Positions 47,052 through 57,091 of a stretch of 64,000 nt of DNA are shown here, piece after piece. The stretch spans positions 10,130-74,129 of IMG/VR virus record IMGVR_UViG_2851924183_000002. One strand, given 5' to 3'. The DNA comes from a virus (Duplodnaviria > Caudoviricetes). Made by a program: the position numbers and the translations under genes. Under the pieces are notes generated by a model. The model saw only the letters and a list, made by a program, of their open reading frames with translations, was not told where the DNA came from and ran no database searches. Positions within the stretch are counted from its first letter, which is position 1. Each line of letters begins with the position of its first letter.

Positions 47052-47677
47052 GCTTTTGACACTCCTGTATCTGATCCACCAGATTGAACCCCACTATGCT
47101 TGTGGTTTTTAAGACTAATGCTTCCGGCATTCACATCAGATTCTGTACTGAAGTTGCCAGTAGAGTGACTGCTACCTTGGATCAATTGGCTGCCACCTAC
47201 TGTATTATTTCCAGTCATGGCAGTACTGCCATTGACCTGTAAATTACCGTTAATGGAGGTATCGCCATTGATCGTGATACCTCCAGATGCAGTAAGAATG
47301 GCCGTTCCTCCATTGGGGAGGATGGCTTGTAATGAATGATTAGCAGTGTCATAGCTGATCATGGCCCCATCCTCATAGACTCTTAATTTAATATTTGGGT
47401 TCAATGATGGAGTCGGAAAAGATTCATTGTTTAAACCAACCAAAACAATGCCGAGGGCAAGCTCACCAGTTGGGCTGAAGACGACACATTCCTCATTGAT
47501 GCTAGGTAAGTCATGACTTAGGTCTGCACCTGCGCGTAAATTAAATAGACGTAATTCATCGGTCACGATATCGCCGAGGTCGACTGTGACGGTATGAAAA
47601 GGTTTAGCAGGGGTAACGCTTTTAATTCGTCCTAAACGGATCAAATTTTCTAAGCGGCGATGGATTTCAGCACTCAT
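47048..47677 (-). CDS. Baseplate spike (P2 gpV)
   Basis: RRLENLIRLG, terminal HKHSGVQSG. Confidence 0.93.
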   Translation of the reverse strand: MSAEIHRRLENLIRLGRIKSVTPAKPFHTVTVDLGDIVTDELRLFNLRAGADLSHDLPSINEECVVFSPTGELALGIVLVGLNNESFPTPSLNPNIKLRVYEDGAMISYDTANHSLQAILPNGGTAILTASGGITINGDTSINGNLQVNGSTAMTGNNTVGGSQLIQGSSHSTGNFSTESDVNAGSISLKNHKHSGVQSGGSDTGVSKA

Positions 47678-47721
47678 GTGCCTACTTTGCGTTAAGGGTT
47701 CAAAGCTTGCATTAATGGCAA

Positions 47722-47744
47722 TTTGTAAGAGGGGATATTACAAA
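47722..47744. promoter_or_regulatory. Ogr box (V operon)
   Basis: TTTGTAagaggggatatTACAAA. Confidence 0.8.
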
Positions 47745-47771
47745 TAGAGAGACTTCATTTTGCTCTAAGAT

Positions 47772-48212
47772 TTAGGGCTTTAAATGCCTCATGACTGAGT
47801 CTTCAATCATTTGAATATCAGTTGGAGCAAACCCCAACAATTCACGTTTGGGATAGGTAATGGATGGCCCATTTTTACTGACACGGGCACGTAAACCATC
47901 TTGGTGGATACGAGCTACAAAAACGACATTACTCAGAAAACCAACGCTTACCATCTCGGCATTTGAAAAATTTCTAAAATAACGCTGCGATCGGAGTTTG
48001 GTGAACATTTTACGACGAATTCTTTTGCCTTCGCGTAAACGTCTCGGAGCAAAGCTTGAGCCATCTGGGCCAACTTGTGCCGCAATACGTTGTTGTTGGC
48101 TTTTTCTTAAATCTGCTCCAACCTTTTTATTCAGCTTCGTCATTTCAGCATCGCTGAGTTTATTCAGCATCGGCGTTAGGTATTTGACCAAATCGTCTAA
48201 GTTATCACGCAT
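47772..48212 (-). CDS. Tail completion protein (P2 gpS)
   Basis: LRKSQQQRIAAQ..PDG, MFTKLR, YPKRELLG. Confidence 0.92.
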   Translation of the reverse strand: MRDNLDDLVKYLTPMLNKLSDAEMTKLNKKVGADLRKSQQQRIAAQVGPDGSSFAPRRLREGKRIRRKMFTKLRSQRYFRNFSNAEMVSVGFLSNVVFVARIHQDGLRARVSKNGPSITYPKRELLGFAPTDIQMIEDSVMRHLKP

Positions 48213-48222
48213 GGCTTGACCC

Positions 48223-48750
48223 TTATGGTTTCTTCGCTAAAGGCATTTCGAGTGCGACTATATTTAAAGTTTCAACACTGGTCCACGTTGCTAAGAGGTT
48301 GCCTTGATCATCTAGCAATTCGCATTCGGTTGCAGGTGAAGCGGGTTGGTACTGAGGTTCTTCGGGATAAGAAAAGTTGTAGCCACCATGCTCTTGCAGT
48401 TGAATAATCACACGTTCTGTCAGTTCTAATTCAAACATGACATCGACTTTATCGTTATCAATAAATTCAGCCTCGAACTTCACAGCATCTTTGTTTTTAT
48501 CTAAATTGGCGAGTAACTCTGATTGGTGTACGCGAATCCATTGAAACAGTAAGAAGGCAATCAGGTCAGCATCACCTGTAAAGTCTTGAATGACAAACTT
48601 CACAGGTGAAATACTTTCCATGCCGTAGCCATTTGCAAGCGTAGTACGATAACGACCGCTTTCAATATGCATGCTGAGCTTATCTGGGTTGTCCTGGAGG
48701 AACTTCAGATGACTCACCAAATGTTCGCGCAGACTAATCGGCTTTTTCAT
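48223..48750 (-). CDS. Tail completion protein (P2 gpR)
   Basis: MKKPISLREHL, NPDKL, LELTERV. Confidence 0.9.
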   Translation of the reverse strand: MKKPISLREHLVSHLKFLQDNPDKLSMHIESGRYRTTLANGYGMESISPVKFVIQDFTGDADLIAFLLFQWIRVHQSELLANLDKNKDAVKFEAEFIDNDKVDVMFELELTERVIIQLQEHGGYNFSYPEEPQYQPASPATECELLDDQGNLLATWTSVETLNIVALEMPLAKKP

Positions 48751-49601
48751 GCAGTTTTTCTCTGGTAGTTTGGATCGAGGCGATTCATCACTCGAAGGAA
48801 CTTGCTGTCATAGCCCAGCTTTTTATAGTTGCGACCGTTATATAAGCTAAAGACTGCATCCCAATTCTCTTGGCGTAATGCTTCTAGCAAAGTCCATTTT
48901 TTCCCAGCGACCGTTCCCGACTTAAATTCACAAAAGCGGAGAAAGGCTTCAAACTGTAGGCTTTCACTTTGATAATGCTGCTCTACAAATTCCTGAACAG
49001 AGGAATAACCGAGGTCTTTCCAGTTTTCGCCCATCAATTGAAAGCGCCCCCATGAAGCCGACATCAGAGCAGAGTCTTCATCAATTTGCTTTGCTAAAGC
49101 TAACCGTGTGTATTCGGCAGCATTGCCGTGGTACCCACCTGTTTGGGTATTTATCACATTGGGATATTGGCTCATCATTTTGTCTGCAAAAGCTTTGCCA
49201 CGTTTCTGGCTGAGGTAGAAATACATACGGTGACGTTCAAACAGAATCTTCGGTCGACCATCAGGCAAATACCCTTCGCCTTGTGTTTCAACTTCGGCAA
49301 TCGCACGAATCACAATTTCAGGGACATCAAGCCGTTTTGCACCAATCGTTAAGTCCGCATCTTTTAGATGTTTAGATAGGTCCAGACCTTTGAGGGCATT
49401 CAATGTGGTATTCCCGACAATGCCATCCACTTTAATGTCCATCTTCTTCTGGAATTGAATCACGGCATATTCAGTACTTTCACCAAAGTGGCCATCGATA
49501 GATAGAGGTTTATTATTTTTACCTTTCATGCCATTTTTAATCAGAAGTTGCTGTAGCTCAGAAACGGCTGAACCCTTAGCTCCAAATTTAAGTAGCTTCA
49601 T
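48747..49601 (-). CDS. Modular endolysin (PG-binding + DUF3380 N-acetylmuramidase)
   Basis: DGHFG..TE.AV..FQ, PKILFERH, SASWGRFQLMGEN, YNG. Confidence 0.93.
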   Translation of the reverse strand: MKLLKFGAKGSAVSELQQLLIKNGMKGKNNKPLSIDGHFGESTEYAVIQFQKKMDIKVDGIVGNTTLNALKGLDLSKHLKDADLTIGAKRLDVPEIVIRAIAEVETQGEGYLPDGRPKILFERHRMYFYLSQKRGKAFADKMMSQYPNVINTQTGGYHGNAAEYTRLALAKQIDEDSALMSASWGRFQLMGENWKDLGYSSVQEFVEQHYQSESLQFEAFLRFCEFKSGTVAGKKWTLLEALRQENWDAVFSLYNGRNYKKLGYDSKFLRVMNRLDPNYQRKTA

Positions 49602-49870
49602 GATGGACTCCAAATTAGTTTGGCCACATTTCCTCTGCTGCGAAGCACGATGACAGCAAGAAGCAGTGCAAAGATGGCATCCCATAGGGTGACGGGATCT
49701 TTAAAGAAGAGAATGTGAACCGACTGCCCAAGAAAAGAGGCAATAAGCAATGTTGCCAGCCATGAGTAACCACGATGGAAAGCGGTTTCTTTAGGGCTAT
49801 AACAAGCAATGCGGATACCGCAAATCAGATAGGCCAAAACAGCGATAAATTGAAATAAGAATTCGATCAT
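49598..49870 (-). CDS. Holin (3-TM)
   Basis: Three TM helices, terminal RGNVAKL. Confidence 0.85.
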   Translation of the reverse strand: MIEFLFQFIAVLAYLICGIRIACYSPKETAFHRGYSWLATLLIASFLGQSVHILFFKDPVTLWDAIFALLLAVIVLRSRGNVAKLIWSPS

Positions 49871-50226
49871 GAGGCACCTCCACCTCTAAAAGTCTTCCAA
49901 ATGTCAGACAGTTTGGATGTCTTCACCCAATCAACTGCTTTAATCAAAATGAAAAGTGAAAATGTGGATGCAATAAGCGCTGCTGTCGCATCGCTGGTGA
50001 TAAAAGTTCGGCTGGTAATTTCAGATGCAAGCAAATAGCCAATACCCGTTGAAAGCAGCATCGTGCGTAAGCGCTGCCAAGCAGATAAATCTTTTTCATA
50101 GGTGGCAATAAATGCTGCACCTAAAACAGCGCCGAGTAGGGCATTACCATTAATAAAAGGCAGGATGGAAACGGCACTTAAACTGATAGCTGTTGCCGTT
50201 GTGGTTGTCGTGGTAGGTTCAGGCAT
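49867..50226 (-). CDS. Putative holin (phiCTX-type)
   Basis: MPEPTTT, NALLGAVLGA. Confidence 0.8.
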   Translation of the reverse strand: MPEPTTTTTTATAISLSAVSILPFINGNALLGAVLGAAFIATYEKDLSAWQRLRTMLLSTGIGYLLASEITSRTFITSDATAALIASTFSLFILIKAVDWVKTSKLSDIWKTFRGGGAS

Positions 50227-50228
50227 GC

Positions 50229-50438
50229 TTAATCCCATAAATTAATTGTTTTTGTCATCTGCTGTTGGGCGGGGATATCAGGCAAAACAACCTCAGTGCC
50301 AAGCACCAGTATTGGACCTTGTTCAGCCAAAGCCGGGTTGCTTTCCAACACTGTCTCAGTAACACCAGCGGTTCGACCGTAATAGCGCCAGCAGATCAGA
50401 TCAATCGTGTCCCCCTGAACGGACTTCACTGTTTTCAT
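50229..50438 (-). CDS. Tail protein X
   Basis: QGDTIDLICWRYYG...NPALA...INLWD. Confidence 0.95.
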   Translation of the reverse strand: MKTVKSVQGDTIDLICWRYYGRTAGVTETVLESNPALAEQGPILVLGTEVVLPDIPAQQQMTKTINLWD

Positions 50439-50893
50439 ATCAATTCCACGGTACAGCGACTGGTACCAAGCAAGTCACGAATCGCCCAACGCAAGTTACG
50501 TCGATGTTCATCAATGGTCGGTGACAATTCTTCAGCCCGTTTCTGGCCATCACCTGTGCTGTCATAGCTTCGATATTTTTCATTAATGTCCGCTGCGATC
50601 GCAGAATGAATTGCACGTAAATACAGAAGTTCAGTATTGGGCTTTCCATCGATGGTCGAAGTTGCGAGCTCACTTAGTGCCGATGCTTTAAATTTGAGCG
50701 AGCGTAGTTGCTCATTGATTTCTAACATGGCTGCAATCGCGGCATCTTTTAGACGAGGGTTGGAAATGCTGCCATCTAAACGCACAGATTCCCGGATCAG
50801 ATTCAATTGAAGATTGGGAAAGAACCCATCATTGCTAATCGACTCATCTGGCATGGTTGTAGGTGCATTAAAGCTAAAACCAGTCATAGTCAT
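50435..50893 (-). CDS. Head completion protein (P2 gpL)
   Basis: ISNDGFFP, RWAIRDLLG..RCTVELI. Confidence 0.93.
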   Translation of the reverse strand: MTMTGFSFNAPTTMPDESISNDGFFPNLQLNLIRESVRLDGSISNPRLKDAAIAAMLEINEQLRSLKFKASALSELATSTIDGKPNTELLYLRAIHSAIAADINEKYRSYDSTGDGQKRAEELSPTIDEHRRNLRWAIRDLLGTSRCTVELI

Positions 50894-50982
50894 ATCCTAG
50901 GTGGTCGGTGGATGATGGTTCAGAACAACAACTTAAAAGTTTTGTCATCCCCATCATGCCGACCAGGTGCGGGGGGCACAGG

Positions 50983-51666
50983 TTAAGAAGATGCAGCAGC
51001 TTGCTGTTCTTCTAATTGTTTGGCCAAGAGCTTTTCAGCACGATCAAGGTCTTGTTTACAGCCGACGTTGTCTTTCTTGGCAATCGCTTTTTTCATGTAC
51101 TCAATTGCAGGTACATAATTGTCTTCAGACAGAAAAACTTTCCCAATTGCGCAGTACAACTTGGCGCGAATAGGATCATGTAAGTCAAAACCTTCAGTAA
51201 GTTTTTCAGCATCAAGCAAAGTATTTAAATCAAATACTTCGCTTGCTTTCAGCTTGGTCAATGCAGCATTAGCAATTTCTTCAGCCACAATACTTGGAGT
51301 GTCCCGGCTAAAAGAGTCAGGCATATCTAATCCGTGTTCTAAAGCAAACACAGCAATCTTTAAGCCTTCATGGAACATGCCAGCATCAAAACACCACAGC
51401 ATGATGGTGGTGACAACTTCGTCGTCCACCTTTTGATTGGCCGCCAAAATACCTTCGACATAAGGTTGGTATTTTGGAATCAGTTTGCCTTTAGCTTCAG
51501 CACGGCTTTCATCTGATTTGATATGTGAAAGCAGTGATTTATCATTTTTCAGTTCCGCCAACTGGAGTTGATAGATCGATGCATCATGGCGGGTTGCTCC
51601 AAAGGCATCCGCCTTGGCAGATTTCTCTGCCAAAACGCGAAGAAAGTGGTTACGTGCGTGATTCAT
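50983..51666 (-). CDS. Terminase endonuclease/small subunit (P2 gpM)
   Basis: ARNHFLRV, YQPYVEGIL, IMLWCFDAG, RAKLY. Confidence 0.92.
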   Translation of the reverse strand: MNHARNHFLRVLAEKSAKADAFGATRHDASIYQLQLAELKNDKSLLSHIKSDESRAEAKGKLIPKYQPYVEGILAANQKVDDEVVTTIMLWCFDAGMFHEGLKIAVFALEHGLDMPDSFSRDTPSIVAEEIANAALTKLKASEVFDLNTLLDAEKLTEGFDLHDPIRAKLYCAIGKVFLSEDNYVPAIEYMKKAIAKKDNVGCKQDLDRAEKLLAKQLEEQQAAASS

Positions 51667-51673
51667 TTGTCAC

Positions 51674-52684
51674 CTACAGAACTTCGATGTTTTCAACCAA
51701 AGCCACTTTTTCATAGGCTTCGATCACGTAGTCTTCGTTGCTCGATTGATAGTCTGCAACACGGTTTTTCTCAGGTTCTTCACGAATGAAGCGACGTTTG
51801 CCACCTTCTTGGTAGTAAATTGACAAATTGTCGAGAGAGGTGATCAGGAACGTGTTATCTGGGAAGAAGGGAACGCGAACGGCAGGTAAGCCACCAATTT
51901 GCTTTTGACCTACCAAAACCTGACCTGCAAGCGTGTTTTGGTTGTCTTGATCTTGGTTCAAAATGGCAAAGTTCTTATCGTTCAATAGAGAACGACCGCA
52001 GATCACTACTAGATCCGTCGCATCCTGGTGAACTTCATCAATCAAGCTATCAACAGCTTGCTTCACTAAGGCATCCAAGTTTTTATAGTCACCTGTAGAG
52101 CCCACAGTAATTTTGCCTGAGCCTTGTACGACCTCGGTCATATTGCGTTCAGGGCTGCGGGTACGAATTTTATATAGCCAGCCTTCGTTTACATCTTGCA
52201 GCAATGGATTGGTGTTGCGGTTGGTGGTTGTTGCGATGCTTGTACCGTTCCAGCCAATCATAATGCGGTCTAAGCCAATCGCTTTGGCACAAGCACCTGC
52301 CCATTTTTCAGGGAAGTCGGCAAACTTTGCCCAGGCATCGATTTTTGAATAGAGTAAGGCAATGTCGAAGTCTGTTTTTTGACAGGCATAGGTGTTAGCC
52401 GTTAGACCTGTCGGATCGGATGGATTACGTTTGGCATCACCTGTGGTATCAGTACGACCAGCAATGGTGCTATTTACAGAAAGACCAATGGCTTGACCAG
52501 TTGCCTCAACCACTTCAATGACATTGATACGACCTAAAAACTCGCTTGATAGCTGAATTTTTTCTTCCAACTTTTGTGCCGGTGTTGGTGCAACAGTGAA
52601 CTGAACCGCTGCACTGTCGACTTCGTTAATGCGGGCAACTTCGCCCATGTAGTGATTAAACTTTTTTCGTGTATCGTTACGCAT
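51674..52684 (-). CDS. Major capsid protein (P2 gpN)
   Basis: MRNDTR, LDRIMIGWNG, NPLLQDVNEGW, SNEDYVIE. Confidence 0.96.
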   Translation of the reverse strand: MRNDTRKKFNHYMGEVARINEVDSAAVQFTVAPTPAQKLEEKIQLSSEFLGRINVIEVVEATGQAIGLSVNSTIAGRTDTTGDAKRNPSDPTGLTANTYACQKTDFDIALLYSKIDAWAKFADFPEKWAGACAKAIGLDRIMIGWNGTSIATTTNRNTNPLLQDVNEGWLYKIRTRSPERNMTEVVQGSGKITVGSTGDYKNLDALVKQAVDSLIDEVHQDATDLVVICGRSLLNDKNFAILNQDQDNQNTLAGQVLVGQKQIGGLPAVRVPFFPDNTFLITSLDNLSIYYQEGGKRRFIREEPEKNRVADYQSSNEDYVIEAYEKVALVENIEVL

Positions 52685-52701
52685 GATTAAGAAATTCCGT
52701 A

Positions 52702-53523
52702 TTAGTAAACGACAGCAGCATTACTGCCTGAATGCCCAGTGCTTTCAGGTCGTTTGTTATGATTTGGGTCAGGTTGATGATTGAATGAGTCTGAAAGGGT
52801 GCTGTGTTTTTGCTCAAGTTCGCTATATTGGGTTTTCAGCTCGTTTAGTTCCTGCTGCATTTTTGAGAAAGCCGTACTTTGCTTGCCAAAGGTTTCTGCA
52901 ATTTGCTCGAGTACTTTTTTGACTTCGGTAAAGTTCAGTTTGGCTTCTGCGCCTTGTTGTTCAATTTGCGGGGAGAATAGGTCACTGAACTTCTGAACCA
53001 TTCCAGCAAATAAGCCTTTGCTGTCGTCTTCAAACTCGATTTGAGTTTCTGCAGCAATGGAAAAGGCATTCTTCTCAGAGTTTTCACCAAACTTAGCAAC
53101 CATGCTGGAAAAGCTGAGTTTTTCAGTACCGATAGAAGCAGGGGAATCAGTCACTGCTAGGCCTACTAAATAGGCTTCGCCTTTACCTTGGAAATTCGGG
53201 TCAATTTCGATACTGGTGAAAATCTTCTGACGCTTTTTGTTCATTTCGACCAAGTCAGAAGTTGCGTCAATTTGTGCAAACAATGCCAGCTTCTTCTCAC
53301 CGTTCATGTCGACTTCTTCGGCTTTGACTGCAAGCACATCGCCATAAGCACGGAAGGAAGAATCGGGCATTACACCACGTAGGTGCTCAACCCAAATACG
53401 CGCGCCATATACAGACTGGTTGTAGTTTTTTGCAGCTTGTTCAATCCAAGAGCGTTCAATCACGCGCTTATCAATGGTTTCTCCTTCGACTGCAACACGA
53501 AAGAACTTTGATTTATTTGTCAT
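52702..53523 (-). CDS. Capsid scaffold (P2 gpO)
   Basis: KFFRVAVEGETID.R, YLVGLAVTDSPASIGTE. Confidence 0.95.
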   Translation of the reverse strand: MTNKSKFFRVAVEGETIDKRVIERSWIEQAAKNYNQSVYGARIWVEHLRGVMPDSSFRAYGDVLAVKAEEVDMNGEKKLALFAQIDATSDLVEMNKKRQKIFTSIEIDPNFQGKGEAYLVGLAVTDSPASIGTEKLSFSSMVAKFGENSEKNAFSIAAETQIEFEDDSKGLFAGMVQKFSDLFSPQIEQQGAEAKLNFTEVKKVLEQIAETFGKQSTAFSKMQQELNELKTQYSELEQKHSTLSDSFNHQPDPNHNKRPESTGHSGSNAAVVY

Positions 53524-53603
53524 GGTGTTTTAACCGTTCAGAAATTTGCTCATCAAATAATGAGCATCATTGAAAGTCCGACGGCATTAGTAAATAAATC
53601 TGC

Positions 53604-53626
53604 TTTGTAAGAGGGGATGCTACAAA
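53604..53626. promoter_or_regulatory. Ogr box (O operon)
   Basis: TTTGTAagaggggatgcTACAAA. Confidence 0.8.
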
Positions 53627-53743
53627 TCACAAGGAATGATCTGAGGTAGGAAAACTGAATAATAGGCACAAAAGCAAAAAGCCAAGAACGGCAATTCTTG
53701 GCTTTTTTATTTCCAACCCTTAGATCAAGTAAGGATCAAAAAT

Positions 53744-53923
53744 ATGAGAGATAACAATACTAAATTTTTAGTTAAGTTTCTAGGAGCGACAATGGAAGCT
53801 ATGAACTTAAAACCAGAAAGTTTTGTGAAAATATTCTGGAATCTTGCATTAATTGCTATAGCTCTAATGGCGACAAGAACACTTTTAAATATAATTTCAT
53901 TTTATGTAGGCCTACCTCAATGA
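53744..53923 (+). CDS. 59-aa membrane peptide (not in ORF track)
   Basis: MRDNNTKFLVKFLGATMEAMNLKPESFVKIFWNLALIAIALMATRTLLNIISFYVGLPQ; TAAGGA RBS in a hairpin. Confidence 0.65.
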   Translation: MRDNNTKFLVKFLGATMEAMNLKPESFVKIFWNLALIAIALMATRTLLNIISFYVGLPQ

Positions 53924-54060
53924 TGGAAAAACAATCTAAAAATAAGGAATTACGTACTTGGACTTATGTTGTCATATCCTACGTTTTAATTGGAATTTTG
54001 ATTACTCAAGCTGCACCAATCCTTTTAGCACTTTCTAACCTTATCCAAGTTCTTAAATAA
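53920..54060 (+). CDS. 46-aa membrane peptide (not in ORF track)
   Basis: MMEKQSKNKELRTWTYVVISYVLIGILITQAAPILLALSNLIQVLK; ATGA overlap. Confidence 0.65.
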   Translation: MMEKQSKNKELRTWTYVVISYVLIGILITQAAPILLALSNLIQVLK

Positions 54061-54065
54061 AGCCC

Positions 54066-54088
54066 TTTGTAAGAGGGGATCATACAAA
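54066..54088. promoter_or_regulatory. Ogr box (P operon)
   Basis: TTTGTAagaggggatcaTACAAA. Confidence 0.8.
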
Positions 54089-54132
54089 AGCTAAATCAAG
54101 CTTTGTACAAAGTGCATTGCTTTAATTGGCGC

Positions 54133-55917
54133 ATGAATACATTTGACACCGAACGCTTCGAGCTAACATTTGATAACCGAGTAAAGGCAAAGTTCCTTTA
54201 CTGGATGGGTTGGCGTATCAGCAGCATTGCGGAATACCTACAGGAAAATGAAAAAACCGTTCATTCATGGAAAGCCCGTGACGAATGGGACAAAGAAGCA
54301 CCTGAAGGAATTGCTGCACAGGCACTCGAAGCCCGTTTGTGTACCTTGTATTTGCTCGAGAAAAAAACACCAGGGGATTTCAAAGAAATCGACCTATTAG
54401 AACGTCAAAAAGACAAATATAGCCGACGCGAAAAATACCTCAGTGATGGCGGTAATGAAGCCGACATCAATCCCAAAATTCAAAACCGTAATGCCAAACC
54501 GAAAAAGATGCCTAAGCGAAACTTGATTACGCAGGCCATGATTGAAAAGGTTCAGGCAGATTTTGATGAGGGATTATTTGACTATCAACGTACTTGGTTC
54601 AAAGCCAAAAATCAGCGCTCACGCAATATCTTAAAAAGTCGTCAAATTGGCGCGACGTATTACTTTGGGCGAGAAGCTTTCGTTGATGCGATCACAGGCG
54701 GAGGTAATCAGATTTTTCTTTCTGCTTCCAAAGCACAGGCACACGTTTTTAAATCCTATATTAAGTCCTTTGCTGCTGAGTCGATTGATCTTGATCTACA
54801 GGGCGATCCAATCGTCCTGAACTTTGAAGAAGGTCCACCTTCAGAACTAATATTTTTAGGTACCAATGCCAAAACAGCTCAGGGCTTCCACGGCAATTTT
54901 TACTTCGATGAATACTTTTGGGTACATGGTTTTCAGACCTTACAGAAAGTTGCCTCTGGTATGGCTATGCACAAACGCTGGCGCAAAACCTATTTCTCTA
55001 CGCCATCATCAAAAAGCCACGAAGCTTTTAACTTTTGGACAGGGGAAATCTTTAACAAGGGCAGACCTAAAGATAAACGACTGAATATTGATGTCAGCCA
55101 TGAAGCCTTAAAAGATGGTCGACTCTGTGAAGACAAAATTTGGCGACAGATTGTCACTATTTTAGATGCTGAACGCGGCGGTTGTGACCTATTCGATATT
55201 GATGAATTACGCTTTGAGTATTCGGCAGAAAGTTTTGCCAACTTGCTCATGTGTATGTTCATGGATGATGGACATTCGGTCTTTCCACTTTCAGTTATGC
55301 AGCCGTGCATGGTGGACTCATGGGTACTGTGGGACAGAGACTTTAAACCTTTAGCCCTTCGGCCATTTGGTTATCAGGAAGTATGGGTCGGTTATGACCC
55401 TGCTGAATCGGGTGACACAGCGGGTTTAGTGGTGATTGCACCACCATCGATTAATTATTCAAAATTCCGCCTACTGGAACGTCATCAATTTAAAGGTATG
55501 GACTTTCAGGCGCAGGCGGCTTACATCAAAAAAGTTTGTGAAAACTACCGTGTGACCTACATTGGTTTAGACACCACAGGCATGGGGACAGGGGTTGCCC
55601 AATTGGTACGCCAGTTCTTCCCAGCACTAACCACTTTTAGCTATTCGGTAGAGGTTAAAACAATGTTGGTACTGAAAGCCATGGATGTGGTTCATCAAGG
55701 TCGTTTTGAGTTTGATGCAGGCTGGACCGATGTCGCACAAAGCTTTATGGCCATCAAAAAGACCATGACAGGCTCAGGTCGCCAATTCACTTTTGAAGCT
55801 ACACGTTCAGAAGAAGTAGGGCATGCCGACCTTGCTTGGGCGTGCATGCATGTCTTTGCAAATGAACCACTGGAAGGGCGTAACGTCCACAATACTGCTG
55901 CAATGGAAATATTCTAA
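54133..55917 (+). CDS. Terminase ATPase subunit (P2 gpP)
   Basis: ILKSRQIGATYYF, FYFDEYFW, VGYDPA, GHADLAWA. Confidence 0.96.
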   Translation: MNTFDTERFELTFDNRVKAKFLYWMGWRISSIAEYLQENEKTVHSWKARDEWDKEAPEGIAAQALEARLCTLYLLEKKTPGDFKEIDLLERQKDKYSRREKYLSDGGNEADINPKIQNRNAKPKKMPKRNLITQAMIEKVQADFDEGLFDYQRTWFKAKNQRSRNILKSRQIGATYYFGREAFVDAITGGGNQIFLSASKAQAHVFKSYIKSFAAESIDLDLQGDPIVLNFEEGPPSELIFLGTNAKTAQGFHGNFYFDEYFWVHGFQTLQKVASGMAMHKRWRKTYFSTPSSKSHEAFNFWTGEIFNKGRPKDKRLNIDVSHEALKDGRLCEDKIWRQIVTILDAERGGCDLFDIDELRFEYSAESFANLLMCMFMDDGHSVFPLSVMQPCMVDSWVLWDRDFKPLALRPFGYQEVWVGYDPAESGDTAGLVVIAPPSINYSKFRLLERHQFKGMDFQAQAAYIKKVCENYRVTYIGLDTTGMGTGVAQLVRQFFPALTTFSYSVEVKTMLVLKAMDVVHQGRFEFDAGWTDVAQSFMAIKKTMTGSGRQFTFEATRSEEVGHADLAWACMHVFANEPLEGRNVHNTAAMEIF

Positions 55918-56924
55918 TGTCTGAAACTCAAAACTTGCCTGCTGTGGCGCAAAACAATGCGATTCAAGCCTTTACCTTTGGTGACCCTGAACCTGTCATG
56001 AATACGCATGATTACATGAGTATGTTTCAGGTGTATTGGAATGGGACTTACTATGAGCCGCCAGTGAGTCTTGAGGGCTTGGCAAAGTCTTTCCGTTCTA
56101 CACCTTATTTGTCGACCGCTATTATTTATAAGCGCAATCAGTTGGTTTCTGCATTTAAGCCGAATAAGTTGATGTCTTCCAAAGCCTTTGAGCAGTTGGT
56201 CATGGACTTTTTGGTGTTTGGTATGGGCTATGTGGAAGCAGTAAAGAGTCGTTCAAACCAAGTGGTGCAGGTGACTACGCCTTTGGCCAAATACATGCGA
56301 CGTAAACAAGACCCGAAAGAATTTTTAATGATTACAGAAAACTGGAAGTACCACCATTTTGAGCGTGATTCAGTTTTTCAGGTACGTGAGTGCGATATAA
56401 ATCAGGAAGTGTATGGCACACCTGAATATTTGGCAGCTTTGCAGTCTGCTTGGTTAAATGAGTCTGCGACTTTGTTCCGTCGTAAGTACTATAACAATGG
56501 TTCTCATGCTGGGTTTATTTTGTACCTGACCGATCCGCAGCAGAATGAAGACGATGTAAATAATTTACGTCAGGCACTTAAAGACAGTAAAGGACCAGGG
56601 AACTTTAGAAATCTGTTTTTGTACTCACCCAGTGGTAAGCCCGATGGTATTAAGTTAATACCCGTGTCGGAAGTGGCAGCGAAGGATGAGTTTGCACATA
56701 TTAAGTCTATTACTCGGGATGACATATTGGCGGCTATGCGTACACCACCTCAGTTACTAGGCATTATTCCCAATAATACGGGTGGTTTTGGCTCTATTAC
56801 GGAAGCGCAAGAAGTTCATTGGAATGCGGAGATAGAACCTCTCATGCAAAGAATTGCAAACCCGATTAATGAGTGGTTGGGTTTAAATGTGATACAATTT
56901 TCTAAATTAGGTGTAAAAAAATAA
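55917..56924 (+). CDS. Portal protein (P2 gpQ)
   Basis: AFTFGDPEPV, FRRKYYNNGSHAGFILY, KGPGNFRNLF. Confidence 0.96.
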   Translation: MSETQNLPAVAQNNAIQAFTFGDPEPVMNTHDYMSMFQVYWNGTYYEPPVSLEGLAKSFRSTPYLSTAIIYKRNQLVSAFKPNKLMSSKAFEQLVMDFLVFGMGYVEAVKSRSNQVVQVTTPLAKYMRRKQDPKEFLMITENWKYHHFERDSVFQVRECDINQEVYGTPEYLAALQSAWLNESATLFRRKYYNNGSHAGFILYLTDPQQNEDDVNNLRQALKDSKGPGNFRNLFLYSPSGKPDGIKLIPVSEVAAKDEFAHIKSITRDDILAAMRTPPQLLGIIPNNTGGFGSITEAQEVHWNAEIEPLMQRIANPINEWLGLNVIQFSKLGVKK

Positions 56925-56970
56925 GAAATGTCATTTCGGCAATTGTGGGTACTTAGATACTCTGGTATAA

Positions 56971-57020
56971 TCCATGAACTACATGGCGATTATTTAGATA
57001 ATCGCCATGTAGTTCATGGA
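56971..57020. repeat. Inverted repeat, 23-bp perfect arms with 4-nt spacer
   Basis: TCCATGAACTACATGGCGATTAT-ttag-ATAATCGCCATGTAGTTCATGGA. Confidence 0.95.
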
Positions 57021-57091
57021 GTTTTTCTTTTTTTAGATAGATAAGAAATAGTATAAGTTTTGTAAAAACAATTGAACAAAAAATGCTACTT

